This document shows positions 37,493-51,600 of a stretch of DNA of 64,000 nucleotides, in pieces. Origin of the DNA: Macrostomum lignano (lineage: Eukaryota). Under the pieces are notes generated by a model that was given only the letters and a program-made list of their open reading frames with translations, was not told the DNA's origin and ran no database searches. The DNA lies in the NCBI GenBank assembly GCA_002269645.1, contig NIVC01001321.1, positions 152,858 to 216,857 of the forward strand. The letters are read 5' to 3'. The position numbers and the translations under genes are program-made. Each line of letters starts with the position of its first letter. The stretch's first letter is position 1.

Positions 37493-37586
37493 CCCGATGT
37501 CGCTGCAACCCCATGTCGCATTATTCAATATTGCCCCCAGCGGCTTCATCAATTCTTCATTTGGTTTTCCTGAGCCTGTGCGGTGC
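37493..37586 (-). CDS. Candidate 94-bp protocadherin exon bridging phase 2 to phase 0
   Basis: Reads ttacag|G CAC CGC...ATC GGG|GTCAGT and is open throughout (HRTGSGKPNEELMKPLGAILNNATWGCSDIG). Its phases reconcile the TM exon with exon 32614. Confidence 0.5.
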
Positions 37587-37814
37587 CTGTAAGCCGGCTG
37601 GAGGCGTGAAGTTGGCACCCGCAATGCGACTGCTCTGAGCAACCGTGCCCCCCCCCCACAGGGATGCCTTGAGTACTCTCGAGTGTAGATACGGTTGATC
37701 TGGGCCTTTGACTCACTGGCTTAGGTTGACCAGTAAATTAATGAGGTTTTTATTGTATTTCAATAAACAAAAAGAGTCTGAATGAGTCAAAAACACTTAA
37801 AAATGCTACACGAA

Positions 37815-38060
37815 GCTGATTGATGCCTAATCGGTATCAAACCGTTGCCCAATTGATGCCTAATTGACGCCTAATCAATACCTAATCGATGTCTAATTAA
37901 TGCCTAATCAATGCTTAATCGATGCCTAATCGATTGCCTAATCGATGCCTAATTGATGTCTAATCGATGCCTAATCGATGCCTAATCGATGTCTAATTGA
38001 TGTCTAATCGATGCCTAATCGATGTGTAATCGATGTCTAATCGATGTCTAATGTCTGATC
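37815..38060. repeat. 11-bp repeat (gatgcctaatc)
   Basis: About 20 degenerate units just inside the intron after the TM exon. Confidence 0.9.
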
Positions 38061-38103
38061 GACGCCCAACCTGTACAAATCCAACGGGCAGACCGCTGCT
38101 CAC

Positions 38104-41100
38104 CTCTCTAGACATTGTTCCCATGTGATGCTGCTGCAGGGGTGCAGCATCCCGTGATGCCCAAAGGTCGTCAGCGGTCCGATGCAGTCCGGCCGCTGGT
38201 CTCCTTGAAACGCGACGCCAGATGGTGTGGCCGCGGTGGCAGCGTCGGCCGCGGCTTCCGGGCAGTGCTGGTCCTTTGGCCCGCTGTACCCGTCGCGACG
38301 TCTACGACGGCCCCTCCGTCCGTCGCCGCCGCCGCGGAAGTCGCAGGGCTGCCGTCGATTCAGCAGAACGATGGCGACCACCAGGACTAGGGTGAGAAAG
38401 CTGGAGGCCACCACCACCACCAGCAGCAGCGTCCAGTTGCTGGCACCGCCAAGACCGCCGCCCAGAGCGAAGGGGCTCTCGCTGCGCCGGACCCGCACGG
38501 CGAAGGGAACGACCGTTGTCAGCGGGCGGGGCTGCCGCGGTCCGTCACCGTTAGGTTGAAAGCGTGCAAGCCGGGCGTCAGCGGGTTCACCACCCGGAGC
38601 TCCCCGGTGGCCGAGTTCACCTCCAGGATGCGCGTGCGCTGGCTCAGCCGCATCGACATGCCGGCGGCGGCGTGGCAGTCGCGGCCAGTCAGGCGTCGGG
38701 GCGTCCCGTCGGCGGCATCCAACTGGCAGGCGTCGGCGTCGTGTGCCCGCACGCTGTATATGGTCATGCCCGGGGCGTGGTCGTCCGTGACCTCGATCAC
38801 CTGAGGGCGGGAAATCGGGGGATTGTAGATTCGGGACTGGAGATTGTAGATTCGGGACTGGGGATTGTAGATTCGGGATTGGGGATTGTAGATTCGGGAC
38901 TGGAGATTGTAGATTCGGGACTGGAGATTGTAGATTCGGGACTGGGGATTGTAGATTCGGGATTGGGGATTGTAGATTCGGGATTGGGATTGTAGATTCG
39001 GGATTGGGGATTGTAGATTCGGGACTGGGGATTGTAGATTCGGGATTGGAGATTCGGGACTGGGGATTGTAGATTCGGGACTGGAGATTGTAGATTCGGG
39101 ACTGGGGATTGTAGATTCGGGACTGGGGATTGTAGATTCGGGATTGGGGATTGTAGATTCGGGACTGGAGATTGTAGATTCGGGACTGGGAATCTTAGAT
39201 TCGGGATTCAGAATTCGGGATTCAGGATTGGGGATTCGGGATAGATTTAATTGGTTTCTCCGCAGTCACCGCTCACCTGGTGGAAGGTCGGGTCCTCCAC
39301 CACAGGGGCATTATCGTTGAGGTCCATCAGGCTGACTGTGACGGTCGCAGTCGAGGACATCTTTGGCATGCCCCTATCCCGTAGCAAAACCTTCAGCAAG
39401 TAGCGGCTGCGGGCCTCCCGGTCCAGCCGGCCACTGACCGACAACCTGCCGGAGCTGCTGACCGCGAATGTGACGTTGTCCGATTCGGGCTCCGTGCTCA
39501 ACACGCTGAATTCCGCCATCGCGTTCTCATTCGAGTCCGCGTCGCTGTACTCCAGATCGTCGATCGTCCTGTCCCAGATGGTCGAATCGGCAAAGGACTC
39601 GTTGGTGTACAGCAGGCCGGAGCCGACCAGCAGCGGCGGGTTGTCGTTGACGTCGGTGACCTCGATCTCGACCCGCGCCGTGGCGGCCTGCAGGCCGTCG
39701 GACGCGCGCACGGTGATCACGAAGATCGGGCGCCGTTGGGGCAGGAAGACCGGGCTCTCCCGGTCCAGCGGCCGCCTCGTTCGAATCTCCCCGGTCCGGT
39801 TGTCCATGACGAAGCAGCCCTTGGCGTCGCCTTCGTCGCTGATCGAGTAGACGAGGCTCGCCGTGGCGTCTGCATCGACAGCGAAGACTCGGGCGGCGAA
39901 AGCGCCGGCTTGGTTCTCGGGCACCGAGTTGCCGGTGAAAGTGCTCTGGTTGAATTCCGGCGGCCACTCGTTGACGTCGCCTATGTCCACCGTGACTGTG
40001 GTGCTGGAGCTCAGGGAGGTTGGCAGGCCGCGGTCCCGGCAGACGACCTCGAAGCTGGCTGCGGCCTGCTGCTCGCGGTCGAACACGCGGGTGGCATTCA
40101 CCTGGTAGAAGCTGGGCGAGCCCGGCAGGGGGAAAAGCGCGAAGTGCGAGCTGCCCGGCCCGGCGTCCAGGCTGCACGTCACGCGGCCGTTGTCGCCGAG
40201 GTCGCCATCGCTGACCTGCAGAAAGTGCGACGGGAACTTTTCAGCTGATGAAGCTTTACCAACCCGAAACTTCACCAACCCGAAACTTCACCAACCCGAA
40301 ACTTCACCAACCCGAAACTTCACCAACCCGAAACTTCACCAACCCGAAACTTCACCAACCCGAAACTTCACCAACCCGAAACTTCACCAACCCGAAACTT
40401 CACCAACCCGAAACTTCACCAACCCGAAACTTCACCAACCCGAAACTTCCCCAACCCGAAACTTCACCAACCCGAAACTTCACCAACCCGAAACTTCACC
40501 AACCCGAAACTTCACCAACCCGAAACTTCAACAACCCGAAACTTCACCAACCCGAAACTTCACCAACCCGAAACTTCACCAACCCGAAACTTCACCAACC
40601 CGAAACTTCACCAAACCGAAACTTCACCAACCCGAAACTTCACCAAACCGAAACTTCATCACCAACCCAAAAATTCACCTAACCGAAACTTCACCAACCC
40701 AAAACTTCACCAACCCAAAACTTCATTAACCCGAAACTTCACCAACCCTGAACCTCAGCAGGTGAAAAATTCTGACCTCCAAATAGGTGACCAAGTGCGG
40801 CGCCGGAGTTCCTTCCAGGAGCATCGGTCGCACGAGTCCCTGGCTCTGAGCTTGAAACTGCAGTTTCACTTGCGGCCGGTGATCGTTCACATCCAATATA
40901 GGAATCTGAAGCGTTGGGAGCGGGTTGGCACGGTGACTTCTCAGGTAAGAGCGGAAGGCTAATGAGCTGAGTATAGGTTATATGCTGACAAGAAACTAAG
41001 GAGCTGACAAGAAACTAAGGAGCTGACAAGAAACTAAGGAGCTGACAAGAAACTAAGGAGCTGACAAGAAACTAAGGAGCTGACAAGAAACTAAGGAGCT

Positions 41101-43093
41101 GACAAGAAACTAAGGAGCTGACAAGAAACTAAGGAGCTGACAAGAAACTAAGGAGCTGACAAGAAACTAAGGAGCTGACAAGAAACTAAGGAGCTGACAA
41201 GAAACTAAGGAGCTGACAAGAAACTAAGGAGCTGACAAGAAACTAAGGAGCTGACAAGAAACTAAGGAGCTGACAAGAAACTAAGGAGCTGACAAGAAAC
41301 TAAGGAGCTGACAAGAAACTAAGGAGCTGACAAGAAACTAAGGAGCTGACAAGAAACTAAGGAGCTGACAAGAAACTAAGGAGCTGACAAGAAACTAAGG
41401 AGCTGACAAGAAACTAAGGAGCTGACAAGAAACTAAGGAGCTGACAAGAAACTAAGGAGCTGACAAGAAACTAAGGAGCTGACAAGAAACTAAGGAGCTG
41501 ACAAGAAACTAAGGAGCTGACAAGAAACTAAGGAGCTGACAAGAAACTAAGGAGCTGACAAGAGGAGCTGACAAGAGGAGCTGACAAGAGGAGCTGACAA
41601 GAGGAGCTGACAAGAGGAGCTGACAAGAGGAGCTGACAAGAGGAGCTGACAAGAGGAGCTGACAAGAGGAGCTGACAAGAGGAGCTGACAAGAGGAGCTG
41701 ACAAGAGGAGCTGACAAGAGGAGCTGACAAGAGGAGCTGACAAGAGGAGCTGACAAGAGGAGCTGACAAGAGGAGCTGACAAGAGGAGCTGACAAGAGGA
41801 GCTGACAAGAGGAGCTGACAAGAGGAGCTGACAAGAGGAGCTGACAAGAGGAGCTGACAAGAGGAGCTGACAAGAGGAGCTGACAAGAGGAGCTGACAAG
41901 AGGAGCTGACAAGAGGAGCTGACAAGAGGAGCTGACGAGAAAAGCTAAAAGAGGAGCTGACAAGATGAGCTGACAAGAGGAGCTGACAAGAGGACATGAC
42001 AAGAGGAGCAACCCACCTGCACTCGCGTCTCGGCCCACTGCGACACCTCCCCACAGTCGGTCGCTCGAATCCTCAGCTCGATGTTCGCGTCGGCTGCCGC
42101 ATTGACCGGGCCAACCAGGTACACTTTGCCAGAGTCGGCGTCAACCTCGAAAGCCGACGCTGCGGCTGACTGTCCCGGCTCCGCGATGATGTCGTAGACG
42201 ATTCTGGAGTTCTCGCCGTCGTCCGAATCGGTGGCGGCCACCTTGCCGACCAGGCGCCGCTGCCCCAGCTGGTACAGGTTCTCCGGCACCGCCTCGAAGC
42301 GGTACACCGCCCTGTCGAACTTCGGCGCGTTGTCGTTCTCATCCAGCACACGGACTAGCAGCTCCGCCGTGGTGCACCGCGGCTGCAGTCCGCGGTCGCA
42401 GGCCTGCAGTGTGAGGCTGTAGTTCCGCGTGACCTCGAAGTCCAGCCTGTCCCGCAGCAGCAGCGCCAGCTGCCCACCGCTTCGATCCAGGCGGTCCTGC
42501 GGCTCGCCCCGCTGCTCCGGGCCGCTCTGGATGATGTGCACCTGGACGCGGCCGTTGTCCCCAGCGTCCGGGTCCGTCACCGATGGCAGCGGCCGGCGCT
42601 GGCCCATGGAATTCTCCTTGACCTCAACGATTCTGCCCTCGGTGCCGAACGCCGGGTCATTGTCGTTCTTGTCCTCGATGGCCAGCTGCAGCTCCACGGA
42701 GCGCATCCGCCTGGCCTGGAAGTTGCGCAGCTGGGCCTGGAAATTCTTCAGGCAGGGCTGCTGGCGCGCCGGGCAGTGCAGCTCGGGGCTCTCGCGGTCC
42801 AGCCGCCCCGCGACCTTCAGTTGACCCATGGCCGCGTCCACGCTGAGCAGCTGGCGGAGTTTCTCCCAGCCTCTGTCGGGCCTGGTCGGCTCGGTCAGCG
42901 TCAGCTCGTCATCGGGCAGAGGATCGAGTCCTAAGCAGGTGTACAAGCTGGAGTTCTCGATGGTGGCTCCTAGCGGAAGTTCCTCCTCCACACGGAAGCG
43001 ACAGAGGGGAGGGGCGGCTGCCACCTGCAGGCTCAGCAAACTGGATGGAGCCGTCAGCAGCAGCAGCAGCAGCAGCAGCTGGGCTCCGGGCAT
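38104..43093 (-). CDS. Protocadherin (delta-like): signal peptide, 7 cadherin repeats and transmembrane segment; apparent 1-nt frameshift near 38520
   Basis: Exons are 43093-42017, 40905-40777 (43 codons, IPILDVNDHRP..., absent from the ORF track), 40215-39277 and 38800-38104. There is a Leu-rich signal peptide, an EC1 Cys pair (LHCPARQQPC), repeated DRE, DxD and DxNDNxP motifs, and the TM segment LLLVVVVASSFLTLVLVVAIVLL. Confidence 0.92.
38815..39245. repeat. 21-bp minisatellite (ggattgtagattcgggactgg), protocadherin intron
   Basis: About 19 units filling the intron. Confidence 0.96.
40255..40750. repeat. 16-bp minisatellite (accaacccgaaacttc), protocadherin intron
   Basis: About 30 units filling the intron. 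Confidence 0.97.
40985..42010. repeat. Compound minisatellite: 19-mer (aggagctgacaagaaacta) then 13-mer (gagctgacaagag), protocadherin intron 1
   Basis: About 30 plus about 30 units, with a switch near 41560. Confidence 0.98.
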
Positions 43094-43149
43094 CGTTAGC
43101 GAGGAAGCTTCAGGCTGGCAAGATGGGCATTGGGAGCGTCTGAGGATGA

Positions 43150-43380
43150 AATTTATGAAGGTTTGATGATTGTTTTTTTCTGATGAAGTCTTTGTTCCGA
43201 TGAGATTTCTCATTCATTAAGTCTTTGTTTTGATTGGATCTTTCATTCACTAAGTTTTTGTTCCGATGGGATTTCTCATTCATTAAGTCTTTGGTTTGAT
43301 GGGATTTCCTCATTCATAAATTCTTTGTTCCGATGGGATTTCTCATTCATTAAGTCTTTGTTTTGATGGGTTTCCTCATT
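43150..43380. repeat. About 33-bp repeat (gatttctcattcattaagtctttgtt)
   Basis: About 6 degenerate units. Confidence 0.8.
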
Positions 43381-44324
43381 CGATATGACTTTTTAAAACA
43401 ATTTGTGATTCCTTGTCTAGTCTTTGTTCATCTATTGAGTTAGAAAGGCAGCCTTTCTCAGTGTAACTTATCGGAGAATATTTGAAACTAAACAATAATT
43501 TTTTTGTATATTTTTGCTCTGAAACAGTTGCTCCCTCCCAACAAACCGGTTCTTTTCGAACCGAGCACTTGCTTACAGAATCCCAGCCAAAACACAGCAG
43601 CTGTCGAGGGTCCTCGACGGGCCAGAGCTCCATCGCGTTCATCAGCCACGCCTCGCCGACCCCAGAAGAGCTCGAAGGCGCCCCCCCCTCCCGACTGAAA
43701 ACTTTGCGAGCGAGTCTCGGGGACCCGGAACTCGTTTTCTTAAACTCCCCGTGCGTGTCCCGCACTGGGCTCGGAGATCCCCGCTCCCCCCCGCCTTAGT
43801 AACAACCCTGACGAGCTCGCGCCCGCTCTCAGCTGTTAATCCTCTTGGCCATAACTGCAGGGATCTGGGATTTTGAAGTGGCAGCCTGAGTCTGGGGAGC
43901 TGTCCCATCTGATTTTAGATAACCTTGGCTGGATGGCCATCCGCGGCAGGCATTGGGAGAAGGAGATTCTCTCTGTGTAGGTGCGAAGCCCCATCAGAGA
44001 CAATCACAATCAAGGGTATAGAAAAGTACTGCAGAGAAATGCAGGTAGCTGGATAGAGTTCATAGCTGACCCGAGACTGGGGGGACTTCTGAGAATTTCG
44101 AGCGTGTCACGATCCTCTCTTTCTTTGACTGGAATGCCTTGAAATAGAGTTTGACTCGGCGAGGGAGAAGTAGATGGAGATGGAGTAGGGGGAGATTCAG
44201 ATAGAGATCGAAAGGTAGGCAGTGAGGTAGAGGGAGGGATATAGTTAGATTGAGAGGGTGATAGAAATAGATAGAGAATGACGTGGATGGAGGGTTAAAA
44301 GGAGAGGTAGAGGGTGATTTAAAG

Positions 44325-44890
44325 AGTGAGGAAGAGGGAGAGAGTGAGGAAGAGGGAGAGAGTGAGGAAGAGGGAGAGAGTGAGGAAGAGGGAGAGAGTG
44401 AGGAAGAGGGAGAGAGTGAGGAAGAGGGAGAGAGTGAGGAAGAGGGAGAGAGAGAGGAAGAGGGAGAGAGTGAGGAAGAGGGAGAGAGTGAGGAAGAGGG
44501 AGAGAGAGAGGAAGAGGGAGAGAGTGAGGAAGAGGGAGAGAGTGAGGAAGAGGGAGAGAGAGGAAGAGGGAGAGAGTGAGGAAGAGGGAGAGAGTGAGGA
44601 AGAGGGAGAGAGTGAGGAAGAGGGAGAGAGTGAGGAAGAGGGAGAGAGTGAGGAAGAGGGAGAGAGTGAGGAAGAGGGAGAGAGTGAGGAAGAGGGATAA
44701 AGTGAGGAAGAGGGAGAGAGTGAGGAAGAGGGATAAAGTGAGGAAGAGGGAGAGAGTGAGGAAGAGGGAGAGAGAGGAAGAGGGAGAGAGTGAGGAAGAG
44801 GGATAAAGTGAGGAAGAGGGAGAGAGTGAGGAAGAGGGAGAGAGTGAGGAAGAGGGAGAGAGTGAGGAAGAGGGAGAGAGTGAGGAAGGA
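44325..44890. repeat. 18-bp purine minisatellite (gagtgaggaagagggaga)
   Basis: About 31 units. Confidence 0.97.
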
Positions 44891-45569
44891 CAAATGAAAA
44901 GGCCACCCGAGGCTGCCACTGAGCTACGAAAAGTGGCTCTCCCGTCGGCATGCATTATTACTGAAGTGAAGACTGCGCTAAGGATTTAAAGTCCCCCAAA
45001 CCGTAACAGATCCTCATACTGAAGTCCCTGTCAAGTCCAATTTTTGAAACCCAGCAACCCTCATAATTCGCTCCTGGATTCAAGGCAGAAATGATTGCCC
45101 GCAGCTCAGGCTGTGCTGGACGAAGTTTTAAGTGGGCTCTCCCTAAGGAGGGCGGGCCCAGAGCTGCAGCCCCGCTTTGAGTCCGCTCGCGCGACCGTGC
45201 GTCCCGACTCAGGGTAGTTGCCACTTCTCAGGCCCCATGCAGTCAGGGAGTTCCTTCCCTGTGTGTGTGTGTGTGTGCTCAGTCACCTAAGTGAGTGAAA
45301 GGGATCTTTGTGAGGCTCCGTGAGGGGGATATTAGTGGAGGCAGAGGTGAAGCGCCGTGAAAACAACCCCTGACTGCTCCGCCCTTCTATTCTTTTTCTA
45401 TGCAAAAAACTGAAAAAAATGTTTGGCAACAATTGGCTTGAAAGCTGACTTTAATTTTTTGGTTAGAAATTAGAATTCTGGAGAGCGGGGCAAAAACTGC
45501 CTTGACAATCCGCGCTTAGGCCAGTTGGAATGGAGGGAGCAATTAGCACCTCCAGTGCTCCCTTGTTGA

Positions 45570-45800
45570 CAGAGGGAGACAGAAGGGAGGCAGGGGGAGA
45601 TAAAAGGGAGACCGGGAAAGACAGAAGGGAGAGAGGGGAGAAAGAAGGGAGACCGGGGGAGACAGAAGAGAGACAGGGGAGACAGAAGGGAGACAGAAGG
45701 GAGACAGGGGAGATAGAAGGGAGACAGGGGAGACAGAAGGGAGACAGAAGGGAGACAGAAGGGAGACAGTAGGGAGACGGGGGAGAAAGAAGGGAGACAA
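45570..45800. repeat. gggagacagaa-type purine repeat
   Basis: Direct reading. Confidence 0.85.
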
Positions 45801-46419
45801 GAGATAAAAATAGAAAGGCTGGTAAAGACAAAAGGAAAATCTCCTGCGGTAGAAGCTCCCGATATGTATCGAAAGCTGTCACTCCCGGCCTTTGAGGTGG
45901 GGGTCGGGGATGAGGGGTCAGTTCAGTCCGCGACAAACAGAAATAATAAATCAAGCGAACTGTCAGAGGCCCGATCAGCTGACTAACTAAACTGAGTCCA
46001 GGTGCCTTGATCAGGGCCGCCCAGCGCCCCATCCAAGACAGCAGCAAACCGGTCTGTTTGGCACTTGCTTCTAGAAGAGAGAAAGATAGACTATTGCTGG
46101 CTGCTGGGTTTATTTGCACAGCACCAACCCCAGGCCGTCTCGGTCCTTTACGGCGCCACGCCAGGGGGGGGGGGGATAAACACCGCGCGTAAGCAAATCC
46201 TGAAATTTCCTGGTGGAGCCGGGCAAGAACTTATGGCTTCTTTTATGATCATAATTTATACTTCTTCTGTTTGAGATACTTTTTCGTTTCGTCAGCTTAG
46301 GGGGGGGTTCGGGACAAATGGCCGCCTCTTCAGCACCTTCATCCGAATATGAACCGTAACCTGACGCTCGACCCAGCGCCCCACCTGAGCCAACCGAGGG
46401 CTCGTATTTGATCTCGGCA

Positions 46420-46482
<63 letters not shown>

Positions 46483-46507
46483 GACAGATAGATAGATCTC
46501 GGCATTT

Positions 46508-46555
<48 letters not shown>

Positions 46556-46600
46556 GACAGATAGATAGATCTCGGCATTTGATAGATAGATAGATAGATA
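46420..46600. repeat. (GATA)n blocks separated by repeated gatctcggca(tttg)
   Basis: The motif occurs three times (about 46410, 46495 and 46568) between GATA runs. Confidence 0.9.
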
Positions 46601-49897
<3,297 letters not shown>

Positions 49898-50984
49898 GTA
49901 GACCCCAGTCCAGACAGGCAGTCCAGGTGTCCATGCATAGGTTTCAGTCACGGTCCACCAGCTCAGTTGCCACTCTTCGCAGATTTCGATTCCGAGGTTC
50001 GGAGGAAGCGAGCGAGCCGGAACGCGGGATTCCAGCACCAGCTCGTATTTTGCTAAGAAACGAAAACTTCAAAGAAAACCCACCGCAGTGAAGCCCAAAA
50101 AGCCCTGGCCAGGAAGTTCAATAAATCCAGTTTTAATCCGCAATTTAAACAAATGCTCCAGAACTGAGACCCCATTGGAAACAGGCTTGAGCTGTTTGCT
50201 CTGAGCACACCCGACACGGCCATCGAGCCGACCCAGGGTTCATATTTGTCAAGGAGGTTTTTCAGTGTCAGTTTTCTTTCTATATGTAAGTTTGTAACGG
50301 TTCTCTGACCCTGGCTGATGCCAACTGGAGATCCACATCCGGGATCTATGAGAACAATGGGTCTCCCTGTCTCGAGGTGGCGGATCTTCCATTGTTTGAG
50401 GAGCCCAAAGCCACAGAAAACTGACACCAAGTAAGGTTTGAGACTGAGTTTCTTGCTTAAGTCGGAAAGATGCAGAATGGCCGGGACAACAATGGACAAT
50501 GGCGATGGTGCTGAGTTAGCTGTGAAAATGAATATAGAGCTCTGCTCATCGATTGCTTTCTAGCAGAGCCTCAACCCCCCCCCCCTTGCGCGGCTGAAAG
50601 TGATTAAAATCTTCAAGGCCGTTAGGCTGACAGCCTGTGTACACCCAGACTGACTTTTGAGTCGCCAACCCCCCTCCCCCCATCCCGCTGACAGGTGGGT
50701 CCGCAGTCCAGCAATTAACTCGCAGCGCTCGGATCGATGCAGTCTGGAGAAGCCGACTGGGGCAGTTTGGTTGAATAAATTTTCAATTTTTTAGCTTGTT
50801 GCTAAGGTCTAGTTTTGTTCGATACTTTGTTTTCTGCTTTTAGAGCCAGCAGTCGGAACTGTGTCTGCTCTCTCAGTGGCTGCCGTTCACTGGTCTACAG
50901 ATTCTCATCCTCTGAAGTGTTCGATTTTTAAAGATGCCTTTGCTTTGCCTGCGGCCTGGTATGGGTGGGACATTGAGACGAGAG

Positions 50985-51600
50985 AGGGCAAATGATAGAG
51001 AGAAAATAAGGGCGATGAAGGATAAGAGAAGAGAGGGGGGATGAGAGAAGAGAGGAGAGATGGGAGAAGAGAAGAGAGATGGGATAAGAGAGATGAGATG
51101 AGAGAGGAGAGGAGAAATGAGAGAAGGAAGGAGAGATGAGAGAAGAGATGAGAGAAGAGAAGAGAAGAGAGGAGAGATGAGAGAAGAGAGGGGAGACGAG
51201 AGATGAGAGGGGAGACGAGTGAAGAGAGGAGAGATAAGAGAAGAGGTGAGATAAGAGAAAGAGGGCAGAGATGAGGGAAGAGATGAGATGTGAGAGAATA
51301 GAGGGAGATAAGAGAAGAGATGAAAGATAAGAGAAGAGGGGAGATGAGAGAAGAGATGAGATAAGAGATGAGAAGAGAGGAGAGATGAGCTAGTCAGGAG
51401 AGATGAGATAAGAGATTAGAGATTAGATAAGAGATGAGAGAAGAGAGGGAGATGAGAGAAGAGAGGGGAGATTAGAGAAGGAGAGGGAGATGGAAGAAGA
51501 GATGAGAGAAGAGAAGAGAAAATATAGAGATGAGATAAGTGAGGAGAGAAGAGAGAAGAGAAGGGAGATGAGAGAAGGAGAGGGGAGAAGGGAGGCAAAG
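50985..51600. repeat. Degenerate GA-rich low-complexity tract
   Basis: gagaagaga/gatga units. Confidence 0.9.

Noticed and set aside
46160-46230. FQDLLTRGVYP resembling a Polinton pPolB LLTRKGVYPY motif
   Set aside because: The conserved Lys and YEY are missing, the frame runs into a poly-C tract, and there are no other polymerase motifs nearby.
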